DNA from: an uncultured Bacilli bacterium
Lineage (GTDB): Bacteria; Bacillota_I; Bacilli_A; RF39; UBA660
DNA length: 42,408 nucleotides
NCBI GenBank assembly: GCA_944371445.1
Contig: CALVXR010000034.1
Span: 1-42,408, forward strand
Direction: 5' to 3'
Each line of letters starts with the position of its first letter. The stretch's first letter is position 1. Positions 26,930 through 36,596 of this stretch are shown piece after piece. Both the position numbers and the translations under genes were made by a program. Under the pieces are notes generated by a model that saw nothing but the letters and a program-made list of their open reading frames with translations, was not told the origin of the DNA and did not search any database.

Positions 26930-27919
26930 GTGATTAACCAAAGACAAACAGAGCTTTTAAAGTTAATAGTTGAAGATTATATTAAAACAGCTCGTCCAAT
27001 TAGTTCTAAATCACTATGTGAAAATTTGAAATGTTCATCTGCTACTATTAGAAATGAAATGAGCATTTTAGAAGAACTAGGTCTTTTAGAAAAAACACAT
27101 ACATCTTCTGGTCGTATACCTTCAGAAAAAGGGTATAGATATTATGTAGATAACATAATGAAGCCAAAAGAATTAACAGGTGAAGATGTTTTAAAATTAC
27201 AAACTATCTTTAAAAACCAATCACTAATGCTTAGTGATACAATAATAAAAAGTATGGAAATCATATCAGAACTTACTAGTTATACATCAGTAGTACTTGG
27301 AAAATCTTCTAAAGATAATAAAGTAAGTAAAGTAGAAGTAGTACCACTTGATGAAAATAATTTTATTGCAATTGTTGTTACTGATAAAGGTCATGTAGAA
27401 CATAAAAAAATGTTTATTAAAGAAAAAACTTCAATAAGTGAAATAAAAAGTATTGTAGACATAATTAATAAACATATTATTGGTACACCAATTAATGAAG
27501 TAAGTAAAAAACTAGAGTTTGAAGTAAAACCAATTATTGGTGATGAAATAAAACAAAAAGAAGTCTTATATAATGCTTTCTATAATGTATTTACAGATAT
27601 TCAAAGACAAAATGTAAAAGTTACTAAACCAAGTAATATGCTTAAAGAACCAGAATTTGATAATGCAGATAAAATTAGAAAAATTTTAGAAAAATTTGAA
27701 AATAGAGAAATCATAAATACAATTAAAGAAGAAGATGACGGAATTCATGTTTATATAGGTTCAGAAAATGATTTCGATGATGATGTAGCTGTTATCAAAA
27801 CTAAGTATGAAACAGATGGAGAAGAAGGTACTATTGCTTTAATAGGTCCAAAAAGGATGGAATATGATAAAGTAACTGCTCTTTTAAATTACATTAAAGA
27901 AAACATAGAAAAGGAGTAA
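26930..27919 (+). CDS. hrcA: Heat-inducible transcription repressor HrcA
   Basis: GTG start. RQTELLKLIVEDYIKTARPISSKSL winged-helix region and a C-terminal IGPKRMEYDKV. Confidence 0.95.
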   Translation: MINQRQTELLKLIVEDYIKTARPISSKSLCENLKCSSATIRNEMSILEELGLLEKTHTSSGRIPSEKGYRYYVDNIMKPKELTGEDVLKLQTIFKNQSLMLSDTIIKSMEIISELTSYTSVVLGKSSKDNKVSKVEVVPLDENNFIAIVVTDKGHVEHKKMFIKEKTSISEIKSIVDIINKHIIGTPINEVSKKLEFEVKPIIGDEIKQKEVLYNAFYNVFTDIQRQNVKVTKPSNMLKEPEFDNADKIRKILEKFENREIINTIKEEDDGIHVYIGSENDFDDDVAVIKTKYETDGEEGTIALIGPKRMEYDKVTALLNYIKENIEKE

Positions 27920-27921
27920 AT

Positions 27922-28587
27922 ATGAAAGATAAAGAAAAGAAAAATATTCATGAAGAACATAAACATAATGAAGAACATAAACATTGTGATTGCCATCATG
28001 AACATAATAAATGTGAATGTGATAAAAAACATGAAAGTGAACATTGTAAGTGTCATCATGAAGGACCAAAACCACATGAAAAGGAATGCAAATGTCATCA
28101 TGATGAAAAGCATCATAAAGGTTTAAAACCTCATGAAGAAATAGAAAAATTAAACAAAATAATTGAAGAAAAAGATAGAAAAATATTAGAAGCTAAGGCA
28201 GAACTTATAAATTATGGGAAAAGAAAAGATTTAGAAGTTTCTAATATGCTTAAATTTGCTAGTGAAGATATGATAAAAGAATTACTTCAAGTAGTAGATA
28301 ATTTTGAAAGAGCTATCAAACTAGATGATGAAAATTTAGAAGATGAACTTTCAAAATTCTTATCTGGATTTAAAATGATTTATTGTAATCTTGTAAAAAT
28401 ACTTGAAAATAATGGTGTAAAAGCAATTGATGGAGCAAATAAACCATTTGATCCAACATACCATGAAGCAGTTTTAACAGAAGTGCGTGAAGGTACACCT
28501 GAAGGAACTGTGCTTGAAGTATTACAAAAAGGATATTTATATAAAGGTAAGGTTATTAGACCTGCTATGGTAAAAGTTAGTGAATAA
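27922..28587 (+). CDS. grpE: Nucleotide exchange factor GrpE with a His/Cys-rich N-terminal extension
   Basis: The GrpE core (DNFERA, FDPTYHEAV, GYLYKGKVIRPAMVKV) follows about 70 aa rich in H, C, E and K. Confidence 0.93.
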   Translation: MKDKEKKNIHEEHKHNEEHKHCDCHHEHNKCECDKKHESEHCKCHHEGPKPHEKECKCHHDEKHHKGLKPHEEIEKLNKIIEEKDRKILEAKAELINYGKRKDLEVSNMLKFASEDMIKELLQVVDNFERAIKLDDENLEDELSKFLSGFKMIYCNLVKILENNGVKAIDGANKPFDPTYHEAVLTEVREGTPEGTVLEVLQKGYLYKGKVIRPAMVKVSE

Positions 28588-28603
28588 GAAAGGATGATAA
28601 TAT

Positions 28604-30427
28604 ATGGGTAAAATAATAGGAATTGATTTAGGTACAACTAATAGTTGTGTTGCTGTATTCGAAGGAGATACAGCTAAAGTAATCGCTAATGCAGAAGGAG
28701 TTAGAACTACACCATCTGTAGTAGCTATGAGTAAATCTGGAGAAATTATTGTTGGTGAAAAAGCCAAAAGAGGTATGATCACTAATAAAGATACAGTATA
28801 TTCTGTAAAAAGATTAATGGGAACTAAAGAAAAAGTAAAAATGAAAGATAAAGAATATACTCCACAAGAAATATCAGCTATGATTTTAGGAGACTTAAAG
28901 AAAACAGCAGAGTCTTATTTAGGAGAAAAAGTAACAGAAGCAGTAATTACAGTTCCTGCATACTTTAATGACTCACAAAGACAAGCAACTAAAGATGCTG
29001 GTAAAATTGCTGGACTTGATGTAAAAAGAATTATCAATGAACCAACAGCTGCAGCTCTTGCTTATGGACTTGATAAACAAGATAAAACAGAACAAATTTT
29101 AGTATACGATTTAGGTGGAGGTACATTCGATGTATCTATACTTGAAATTGGAGATGGAGTATTTGAAGTTAAATCAACAAGTGGTAATAATAAACTAGGT
29201 GGAGATGATTTCGATCAAAGAATTATGGACTACTTAGTAGATGAATTTAAAAAAGAAAACGGAATTGATTTAAGTAAAGATAAAATGGCAATGCAAAGAG
29301 TTAAAGATGCTGCTGAAAAAGCTAAAAAAGATCTTAGTGGTATGACTTCAACTGAGATTTCACTACCATTCTTATCTCAAGGAGAAGATGGACCACTTCA
29401 CTTAGAAGTAACACTTACTAGAGCTAAATTTGAAGAATTAGTAGATGATTTAATTGAATCAACTCTTACACCTGTTAGAACAGCATTAAAAGATGCAGGA
29501 CTTACTAAAAATGATATAGATAAAGTATTATTAGTAGGTGGATCTACTAGAATACCAAAAGTTCAAGAAGTAATTAAAAATGAACTTTCTAAAGAACCAT
29601 CAAAAGGAGTAAATCCTGATGAAGTAGTTGCTATGGGTGCTGCTATTCAAGGTGGAGTACTAAAAGGAGACGTAAATGATATCGTTTTACTTGATGTTAC
29701 ACCATTATCTCTAGGTATTGAAACATTAGGTGGTGTATGTACAGTATTAATTCCAAAAAATACAACAATTCCAACAAGTAAATCACAAGTATTCTCAACT
29801 GCTGCCGATAATCAACCAGCTGTAGATATTCATATTTTACAAGGTGAAAGAACAATGGCAGCTGATAATAAAACACTTGGTAATTTCCAACTTACAGGAA
29901 TTCCAGCAGCTCCAAGAGGAGTACCTCAAATCGAAGTTACATTTGATATCGATGCTAATGGTATTGTAAATGTTAAAGCTAAAGATCTTGGAACAAATAA
30001 AGAACAAGCAATTACAATCACAGCTTCAACTAATTTATCAGATGAAGAAATAGATAAAATGGTAAAAGAAGCAGAAGCTAACCGTGAAGCAGATGAAAAA
30101 CGTAAAGAAGAAGCTGATCTTAAAAATGAAGCAGAACAATTAATCTTTATGACTGAAAAATCTATTAAAGATTTAGGTGATAAAGTTGATGCTAAAGATA
30201 AAGAAAAAGCAGAAGCAGAAGTAAAAGAACTTAAAGAAGCTTTAGAAAAAGGTAATATAGAAGACATTAAAGCTAAAAAAGAAAAATTACAAGAAACTGC
30301 AATGGAGTTAGGTGCTAAAGTATATGAAGAAGCAGCTAAAAAAGCACAAGCAGAAAACAAAGAAACAGAAAATAAATCAGATAAAAAAGATGACGATGTA
30401 ATTGATGCTGAATTTGAAGAAAAATAA
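28604..30427 (+). CDS. dnaK: Molecular chaperone DnaK (Hsp70)
   Basis: [18 protein letters not shown] and [11 protein letters not shown] signatures. Confidence 0.98.
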   Translation: MGKIIGIDLGTTNSCVAVFEGDTAKVIANAEGVRTTPSVVAMSKSGEIIVGEKAKRGMITNKDTVYSVKRLMGTKEKVKMKDKEYTPQEISAMILGDLKKTAESYLGEKVTEAVITVPAYFNDSQRQATKDAGKIAGLDVKRIINEPTAAALAYGLDKQDKTEQILVYDLGGGTFDVSILEIGDGVFEVKSTSGNNKLGGDDFDQRIMDYLVDEFKKENGIDLSKDKMAMQRVKDAAEKAKKDLSGMTSTEISLPFLSQGEDGPLHLEVTLTRAKFEELVDDLIESTLTPVRTALKDAGLTKNDIDKVLLVGGSTRIPKVQEVIKNELSKEPSKGVNPDEVVAMGAAIQGGVLKGDVNDIVLLDVTPLSLGIETLGGVCTVLIPKNTTIPTSKSQVFSTAADNQPAVDIHILQGERTMAADNKTLGNFQLTGIPAAPRGVPQIEVTFDIDANGIVNVKAKDLGTNKEQAITITASTNLSDEEIDKMVKEAEANREADEKRKEEADLKNEAEQLIFMTEKSIKDLGDKVDAKDKEKAEAEVKELKEALEKGNIEDIKAKKEKLQETAMELGAKVYEEAAKKAQAENKETENKSDKKDDDVIDAEFEEK

Positions 30428-30476
30428 TAAGGAAGTTCTAGGAAACTAGAACTTTCTACTGTAAAAAGGAGAACAT

Positions 30477-32261
30477 ATGGAAAAGAAAAGGGTAGAAGTA
30501 AATAAAGAAGATACATGGGATTTAACAAGATTTATAAAAGATGAAGAAGAATTTAACAATATAATAAAAGAAACAGAAAAATTATTAGAAGATGCTAAAA
30601 AATATAAAGGAAAAATAATGGCAAACTGCGATAATTTTTATAACTTTATAATTTTAGATGAAAAAATAGATAGAAATTTAAGTAATTTGTATGTTTATGC
30701 TAACCTTTTATGTGATGAAGATTCAACTAATAATAATAGCGTATCACTTAAAATGAAAGCAGAAAAGTTTTTGGATGATGCATCAGAATTATTATCTTTT
30801 GCATCTCCAGAAATACTTAACAGTGGATATGATATTGCAAAAAAATATATAGAAGAAAATAGTAATCTAGAAAACTATAAATTTTATATTGAAAAATTGT
30901 TTAGATATGAAAAATATACATTAAGTGAAAAAGAAGAACAAATAATATCAGTAGCTGCTAATACATTTGGAACACCAGATGATGCTTTCTATAATTTAGA
31001 TAATACAGATATAGACTTAGGATATATTAAAGATGAAAATGAAAATGAAGTTAAATTAAATAACAGTAATTATAATTTATACATGAATAGTGAAAATAGA
31101 GAAGTTAGAAAAAACGCTTTTGAAGCAATGTATAAATTTTGGAAAAAACATATACATGTTGTAGCATCTCTTTTGAAAGGTAACATAAAAGAAAACTTTT
31201 TCTTTAGTAAAGTCAAAGGATATAATTCTCCACTTGAGATGAGTTTATATAAAGATAATATTCCACTTTCTTTGTATAAAAATGTTATAAATGTAACTCA
31301 TGATAATTTTAAATATTTACATGAATATATGAAGATTAGAAAAGAATATTTAAAATTAGATGAAATGCATATGTATGATATATATACTCCTATAACTAAA
31401 GATATAAATAAAAATATACCTTTTGAAGAAGGTAAAAAAATGGTTTTTGAAAGTCTTAAACCACTAGGAGATAAATATATTAATGACTTAGAAAAAGCTT
31501 TTACAGATAGATGGATTGATAAATATCCAAATCTTGGAAAAAAATCTGGAGCATACCAGTGGTCTACATATGATTCTACCCCTTATGTACTTCTTAATTA
31601 TAACGGTACTATTGATTCAGTAAGTACAATGGCACACGAACTTGGTCATGCAATGCATTCATATTACTCAAAAGAAAATCAAAGTTATGCATATCATGAT
31701 TATCCAATATTTTTAGCTGAAATAGCATCTACTGTAAATGAGGTTTTACTAAATGAATATTTAACAAAAAATGCTAAAAATAAAGAAGAAAAAATGTATT
31801 ATATTGTTGATATGTTAGATACAATAAAATCAACTATATATAGGCAAGTACAGTTTGCTGAATTTGAAATGCTTATGCATGATAAAGAAGAAAATAAAGT
31901 ACCTTTAACAGCAGAAGAATTTAATAAAACTTATTATGAATTAAATAAAGCATATTATGGAGATAACATAATAAGTGATGAAGAAATAAAATATGAATGG
32001 GCTAGAATACCACATTTTTATAGTTCATTTTATGTATATAAATATGCTACAGGACTTGCATGTGCTATACATATAGCAACTAAAATATTAAAAGGTGATA
32101 ATAACATGCGTGATAAATATTTAGAATTTTTATCATCAGGAGGAAAAAATTATCCACTTGAAATATTAAAAGAAGTAGGAATAGATTTAAATAGTACTGA
32201 AGTAATGCAAAGTGCATTTGATTTATTTAAAGAAAAACTAGAGGAACTTAAAAGTATATAG
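30477..32261 (+). CDS. pepF: Oligoendopeptidase F (M3B)
   Basis: HELGHAMH zinc motif and the downstream EIAS glutamate. About 594 aa. AAAGGAGAA RBS. Confidence 0.9.
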   Translation: MEKKRVEVNKEDTWDLTRFIKDEEEFNNIIKETEKLLEDAKKYKGKIMANCDNFYNFIILDEKIDRNLSNLYVYANLLCDEDSTNNNSVSLKMKAEKFLDDASELLSFASPEILNSGYDIAKKYIEENSNLENYKFYIEKLFRYEKYTLSEKEEQIISVAANTFGTPDDAFYNLDNTDIDLGYIKDENENEVKLNNSNYNLYMNSENREVRKNAFEAMYKFWKKHIHVVASLLKGNIKENFFFSKVKGYNSPLEMSLYKDNIPLSLYKNVINVTHDNFKYLHEYMKIRKEYLKLDEMHMYDIYTPITKDINKNIPFEEGKKMVFESLKPLGDKYINDLEKAFTDRWIDKYPNLGKKSGAYQWSTYDSTPYVLLNYNGTIDSVSTMAHELGHAMHSYYSKENQSYAYHDYPIFLAEIASTVNEVLLNEYLTKNAKNKEEKMYYIVDMLDTIKSTIYRQVQFAEFEMLMHDKEENKVPLTAEEFNKTYYELNKAYYGDNIISDEEIKYEWARIPHFYSSFYVYKYATGLACAIHIATKILKGDNNMRDKYLEFLSSGGKNYPLEILKEVGIDLNSTEVMQSAFDLFKEKLEELKSI

Positions 32262-32276
32262 AAGTAGGTGATATAA

Positions 32277-33392
32277 ATGAATAAAAGAGATTATTATGAA
32301 GTACTTGGAGTTGATAAAAATGCTAGTGAAGCAGAAATAAAAAGTGCTTTTAGAAAATTAGCAAAAAAATATCATCCAGATGTTTCTAAAGAACCAGATG
32401 CTGCTGAAAAATTTAAAGAAGCCCAAGAAGCGTATGCAGTATTATCTGACAGTACTAAAAGAAGTCAGTATGATCAATTTGGTCATGCAGCCTTCCAAGG
32501 TGGAGCAAATGGTGCAGGAGGCTTTGATTTTAGCGGCTTTGATTTTTCAGATATATTTAGTGATATATTTGGTTCTGGTTTTGGTGGCTTTGGAGGATTT
32601 GGAGGCTTTTCTGGAAATTCCAAAAATAGACCAGTTCAAGGTAACGATACACTAAAAAGAATAAATTTAACATTTGAAGAAGCAGTATTTGGTCTTACAA
32701 AAGAAATAAATATAGATACTACAGAAGAATGTGATGAATGTCATGGCCATGGAGGACATGGAGAAAAAACATGTAGTGAGTGTCATGGAAGTGGTACAGT
32801 TACTAAGGAACAAAGAACAATGTTTGGTGTATTTGCTACTAGAACAACTTGTGATAAATGTTCTGGAAAAGGTAAAACATATGATAAGATATGTAGTAAA
32901 TGTAAAGGAAAAGGAATTAATAGAGTAAATAAAAATATAAAAGTAAGAATTCCAGCAGGTGTTGATAATGGAAATAGGTTAAGAGTTCCTGGAAAAGGAG
33001 AAGCAGGATATAATGGTGGTCCTAATGGAGATTTATATTTAGAATTTACTGTAAAGGAACATCCTTTATTTCAAAGAGATGAAGATGATATTTATGTAAC
33101 ACTTCCACTTACCATTACAGAAGCTGTGTTTGGATGTAAAAAAGAAGTACCAACATTATATGGAAATGTAAAAATGAGTATTCCATCTGGTAGTGAATCT
33201 GGCGATAAGCATAGAATTAAAGGAAAAGGTGTAGAAAATCCTAATACTAAAAGAAAAGGCGATATGTATATTATTTTAAAAGTTTTAATTCCTCAAAAAA
33301 TAACAAAAGAGCAAAAGAAATTATTTGAAGCACTTGATAAAACAGGTCTTGATGAAGCAAAAGAAATAAAAGAATTTAACAAATATTTATAA
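32277..33392 (+). CDS. dnaJ: Co-chaperone DnaJ
   Basis: J-domain with HPD, a G/F-rich linker and four CxxCxGxG zinc repeats. Confidence 0.97.
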   Translation: MNKRDYYEVLGVDKNASEAEIKSAFRKLAKKYHPDVSKEPDAAEKFKEAQEAYAVLSDSTKRSQYDQFGHAAFQGGANGAGGFDFSGFDFSDIFSDIFGSGFGGFGGFGGFSGNSKNRPVQGNDTLKRINLTFEEAVFGLTKEINIDTTEECDECHGHGGHGEKTCSECHGSGTVTKEQRTMFGVFATRTTCDKCSGKGKTYDKICSKCKGKGINRVNKNIKVRIPAGVDNGNRLRVPGKGEAGYNGGPNGDLYLEFTVKEHPLFQRDEDDIYVTLPLTITEAVFGCKKEVPTLYGNVKMSIPSGSESGDKHRIKGKGVENPNTKRKGDMYIILKVLIPQKITKEQKKLFEALDKTGLDEAKEIKEFNKYL

Positions 33393-33420
33393 AAATGGTA
33401 TTATAAAATATCATTTTTTT
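33392..33420 (+). terminator. Intrinsic terminator after dnaJ
   Basis: AAAATGGTAT / ATATCATTTT stem (one G-U pair) followed by a T-run. Confidence 0.55.
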
Positions 33421-33501
33421 ATTACAAAATTGTAATTTAATTTATAAAATAATAATGATATAATGTATATGTATATTTTTATGAAATTTTATATTTAGAA
33501 A

Positions 33502-33530
33502 TTGCTAAAAAACTTAAAAAGTGATATACT
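33502..33530 (+). promoter_or_regulatory. Sigma-A-type promoter
   Basis: TTGCTA, 17-nt spacer, TATACT, with a TGn extension. Confidence 0.5.
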
Positions 33531-33554
33531 TATACAGTCTATGAGGTGATATTA

Positions 33555-35579
33555 TTGAAAAAAATGGTAGAAAAAGTAAAAAATAAAACTGTAAATTATG
33601 CAAAAACTAATATATTATTTTTTACATTTGTAATAACATCAGTTATAAATGGTTCATTACTTAGATTTTTAACTGTAAAAAACTATTTTGAAATAAGCCC
33701 TATATTAGGTGATTTAGTAGTAGTGTTAGTAATTGGTGCTTTTGGTTATTTTATTAAACCAAAGAATCAATTTAAATATTATTTAGGATGGGGAATATTT
33801 TTTACACTCCTTTGTATAATAAATTCAATGTATTATACAAATTACCTTTCTTTCGCATCGGCATCTTTATTAGCAACTTCTCTTCAAGTAGTAGATGTTG
33901 GAGATGCAGTAGTTCAAAATGTAATGGAATTAAAAGATTTTTCTTATTTATGGCAAATATTCACTTTAATTTTTGTTCATGTATCATTAAAGAAAAAAAA
34001 TTATTACAGCAAAGTATCTAAAATAGAAGTAGGAAAAGTAAGAGTACTTAATACATTGATAGGAGCTTTAATAATATCAGGATTTTTTATTTCAATGCTT
34101 ACAGCTACAGATATAAGTAGACTTGGAAAACAATGGAATAGAGAATCGGTAGTTATGAAATTTGGTATTTTTATGTATCAAACAAATGATTTAATTGAAA
34201 GTTTAAAACCACAAATAAGTCCTTTATTTGGATATGATGAAAATTATAAATTATTTAGAGAATATTACGAAGAAAATAAAAAAGAAAAAGTAAATAATGA
34301 ATATACTGATATACTAAAAGGAAAAAATATAATAGCAATACATGCTGAAAGTATTCAAAATTTCTTGTTAGATACACAGTTTAACGGAAATTATGTAACT
34401 CCTAATTTAAAACGCTTAGCTGATGAAGGATTATATTTCTCTAATTTTTATGCACAGGAAAGCGTTGGTACTAGTAGTGATTCAGAATTTACATTTAACA
34501 CTTCTTTGATGCCAGCAAATAGTGGTACAGTATTTGTTAGTTATTGGGATAGAGATTATGTAACAATCCCTAAACTTTTAAAAGAGCAAGGATATTATAC
34601 ATTTAGTATGCATGGAAATAATTGCTCATTCTGGAATAGAAATAATGTTCATAAAGAATTTGGGTATGATAATTTTTATTGCTATACAAAAGATTATAAA
34701 ATTGATGAAACTATAGGTTTAGGTCTTTCAGATAAATCTTTCTTTAGACAATCAACAGAAATAATGAAAAAAATAAAAAATCAACATGGAAAATTTTATG
34801 GCCTTGCAATCATGCTTTCAAATCATACGCCATTTAATAACAATGGTGAAGAAGTAACAGATTTTGATGTTTCAATGAATTATCAAAAGAAAAATGAAAT
34901 AACTGGTGAAATGGAAGAGGCTAATGCACCATTTATGGAAGGAACAAAATTAGGTAGTTATTTTAAATCAGCACATTATGCAGATGAAGCTATTGGTGAA
35001 TTTATTAATGAACTAGACGCTGCTGGCTTACTTGAAAATACTGCTATAGTTATATATGGTGATCATGATGCAAAATTAAAAAAATCTGAGTATGAGAGAT
35101 ATTACAATTATGTTCCAGAAACAGATTCTATATTAGATAAAAATGATCCTAATTATAAAGAGGTAGATTATTTTACATATGAATTAAATAGAAGTGTTCC
35201 ATTTATTATATGGACTAAGGATGATACTATAAAACATAAAGAAGTAGACAAAGTTATGGGAATGTACGATGTACTTCCAACACTTGGAAATATGCTTGGA
35301 ATATCAAGCCCATATCAATTAGGTAGTGATATTTTTAGTACAGATGAAAATGTAGTTATTTTTCCAGATGGAGATTGGGTAACTGATAAAATGTATTATA
35401 GCAGCCAAAGAGATGAAGGTGTAATGCTTCATGAAAATGAAACAGTAAGTAAAGATTATATTGAAAAGTATAATAAAATTGCTGAGGAAAAAATAGCAGT
35501 TTCAAACTCAATTATAGTTTATGATTTAATTAGAAAAACAAAAGAAAAGAATTTAATTGTTCCAGATATGCAGAAATGA
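33555..35579 (+). CDS. ltaS: Lipoteichoic acid synthase family protein (LtaS-like)
   Basis: Five N-terminal TM segments followed by a sulfatase-fold domain (HAESIQNF, GTSSDSEF, YGDHD). Likely TTG 33555 start, 5 nt after GAGGTGA. The track gives GTG 33546, and ATG 33564 is also possible. Confidence 0.85.
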   Translation: MKKMVEKVKNKTVNYAKTNILFFTFVITSVINGSLLRFLTVKNYFEISPILGDLVVVLVIGAFGYFIKPKNQFKYYLGWGIFFTLLCIINSMYYTNYLSFASASLLATSLQVVDVGDAVVQNVMELKDFSYLWQIFTLIFVHVSLKKKNYYSKVSKIEVGKVRVLNTLIGALIISGFFISMLTATDISRLGKQWNRESVVMKFGIFMYQTNDLIESLKPQISPLFGYDENYKLFREYYEENKKEKVNNEYTDILKGKNIIAIHAESIQNFLLDTQFNGNYVTPNLKRLADEGLYFSNFYAQESVGTSSDSEFTFNTSLMPANSGTVFVSYWDRDYVTIPKLLKEQGYYTFSMHGNNCSFWNRNNVHKEFGYDNFYCYTKDYKIDETIGLGLSDKSFFRQSTEIMKKIKNQHGKFYGLAIMLSNHTPFNNNGEEVTDFDVSMNYQKKNEITGEMEEANAPFMEGTKLGSYFKSAHYADEAIGEFINELDAAGLLENTAIVIYGDHDAKLKKSEYERYYNYVPETDSILDKNDPNYKEVDYFTYELNRSVPFIIWTKDDTIKHKEVDKVMGMYDVLPTLGNMLGISSPYQLGSDIFSTDENVVIFPDGDWVTDKMYYSSQRDEGVMLHENETVSKDYIEKYNKIAEEKIAVSNSIIVYDLIRKTKEKNLIVPDMQK

Positions 35580-35587
35580 TTATTATT

Positions 35588-35619
35588 AAAACCTCGTTTT
35601 ATTTGTTAAACGAGGTTTT
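35588..35619 (+). terminator. Intrinsic terminator after ltaS
   Basis: AAAACCTCG ... CGAGGTTTT stem. Confidence 0.7.
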
Positions 35620-35713
35620 AAATATTTATATATTGAAATTTTATTAATTTTATTTTAAAATAAAAATTGTAATATTTATTATTAGTATTAATATAATGTA
35701 GTAGGAGTTAGAT

Positions 35714-36202
35714 ATGTATACATGGGAAGTAAAAAACTATCTTAATAAAAAAAATTATAGTTTAAGTAAAAATGAGATAAAATATATTTTAAATAGGAAA
35801 GTTAATCCACAAATATTTTCTATAGAGTGGCAAGATTTTAATAACGGTTTTTACGTTACAACTAAAGAAGAAAATAATGATGAAGAGTATTATGATGGAT
35901 TTTTCTTTAGAGCAAATGATTATAATATTGAAAATGATTATTTAAATAGTGGAATCAAGAAGTATTTGACAGAAAGAGATTATAGATTGACAAGTGAAGA
36001 AATTTGTTATTTAATTCTTGGAAATTATCCTAATACAAGAGTAACTCAATGTAAATGGGAAAATGAACAATATTATTTAAAGTTGGAAATAAAGACCGAT
36101 ACCGAAATAAAATATTATGAAAGTTATAAATTTCTTGTACATCAATATGACTATAAAAGAGTAAACAAACAAATCGTATTGAGATTTAATGAAGGAAAAT
36201 AA
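35714..36202 (+). CDS. Hypothetical protein built from two tandem copies of a roughly 70-aa module
   Basis: AGGAG RBS. The internal repeat is visible by eye; see findings. Confidence 0.55.
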   Translation: MYTWEVKNYLNKKNYSLSKNEIKYILNRKVNPQIFSIEWQDFNNGFYVTTKEENNDEEYYDGFFFRANDYNIENDYLNSGIKKYLTERDYRLTSEEICYLILGNYPNTRVTQCKWENEQYYLKLEIKTDTEIKYYESYKFLVHQYDYKRVNKQIVLRFNEGK

Positions 36203-36231
36203 GAAAATGTTTTAAAAAAGAAATAAATTAC

Positions 36232-36260
36232 TTGAAATTAAAAGTATATTTTGATATAAT
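36232..36260 (+). promoter_or_regulatory. Promoter of the tRNA pair
   Basis: TTGAAA, 17-nt spacer, TATAAT, with a TGn extension (TGATATAAT). Confidence 0.6.
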
Positions 36261-36278
36261 TAATTTGTACTTTTTGAT

Positions 36279-36352
36279 GGGCTCGTAGCCAAGTGGTAAG
36301 GCACGGGACTGCAACTCCCTGATCGCTGGTTCAAATCCGGTCGGGCCCTCCA
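36279..36352 (+). tRNA. tRNA-Cys (GCA)
   Basis: Cloverleaf folded by hand. Acceptor GGGCTCG / CGGGCCC (one G-U pair), D-arm GCCAAGTGGTAAGGC, anticodon loop CTGCAAC, T-arm GCTGG-TTCAAAT-CCGGT, and an encoded CCA. Confidence 0.9.
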
Positions 36353-36359
36353 TATATAT

Positions 36360-36433
36360 GCAGATGTGGTTTAATGGTAGAACATGACCTTGCCAAGGTT
36401 ACAGCGGGAGTTCGATTCTCCTCATCTGCTCCA
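36360..36433 (+). tRNA. tRNA-Gly (GCC)
   Basis: Acceptor GCAGATG / CATCTGC, anticodon loop TTGCCAA, T-arm GGGAG-TTCGATT-CTCCT, and an encoded CCA. Confidence 0.92.
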
Positions 36434-36442
36434 TATAAATAC

Positions 36443-36475
36443 AACTTACGAGCCTATAAAGTTCGTAAGTTTTTA
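36443..36475 (+). terminator. Intrinsic terminator after the tRNAs
   Basis: AACTTACGA ... TCGTAAGTT, a 9-bp stem followed by a T-run. Confidence 0.75.
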
Positions 36476-36596
36476 TTATGTATAATAAAAAAGTGTAAAT
36501 TATTGTATAGTTATTGCGCTTTTTAATAAATATATGTATAATAAAGATATAGTAAAATAAAAGATAGACAAATAAAAGAATAATGGAGGAATAAAT

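Noticed and set aside
27884-28116. Two minus-strand ORFs (63 and 75 aa) rich in Met, Phe, His, Tyr and Val.
   Set aside because: They are mirror images of the repetitive His/Cys/Glu/Lys-coding stretch at the 5' end of grpE. They have no RBS and a low-complexity composition, so they are an antisense artefact.
28380-28782. Two minus-strand ORFs (85 and 81 aa) over the grpE/dnaK junction.
   Set aside because: They are antisense to strongly conserved coding sequence and have no RBS.
29926-30528. A 200-aa minus-strand ORF, Ser/Leu/Ala-rich, spanning the dnaK 3' end and the pepF 5' end.
   Set aside because: It is antisense to the Lys/Glu/Ala-rich dnaK C-terminus. Its composition is typical of a shadow ORF and it has no start context.
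32380-32928. Two plus-strand alternative-frame ORFs (91 and 65 aa) inside dnaJ.
   Set aside because: They are out of frame within a fully conserved dnaJ. The repetitive G/F and CxxC regions generate open alternative frames.
35648-35665. An 18-bp A/T-only palindrome, TTTTATTTTAAAATAAAA, upstream of the 162-aa ORF. A similar case is ATTACAA-AA-TTGTAAT at 33421-33436.
   Set aside because: Short A/T-rich palindromes are expected by chance at this base composition. I found no second copy or recognisable operator consensus.
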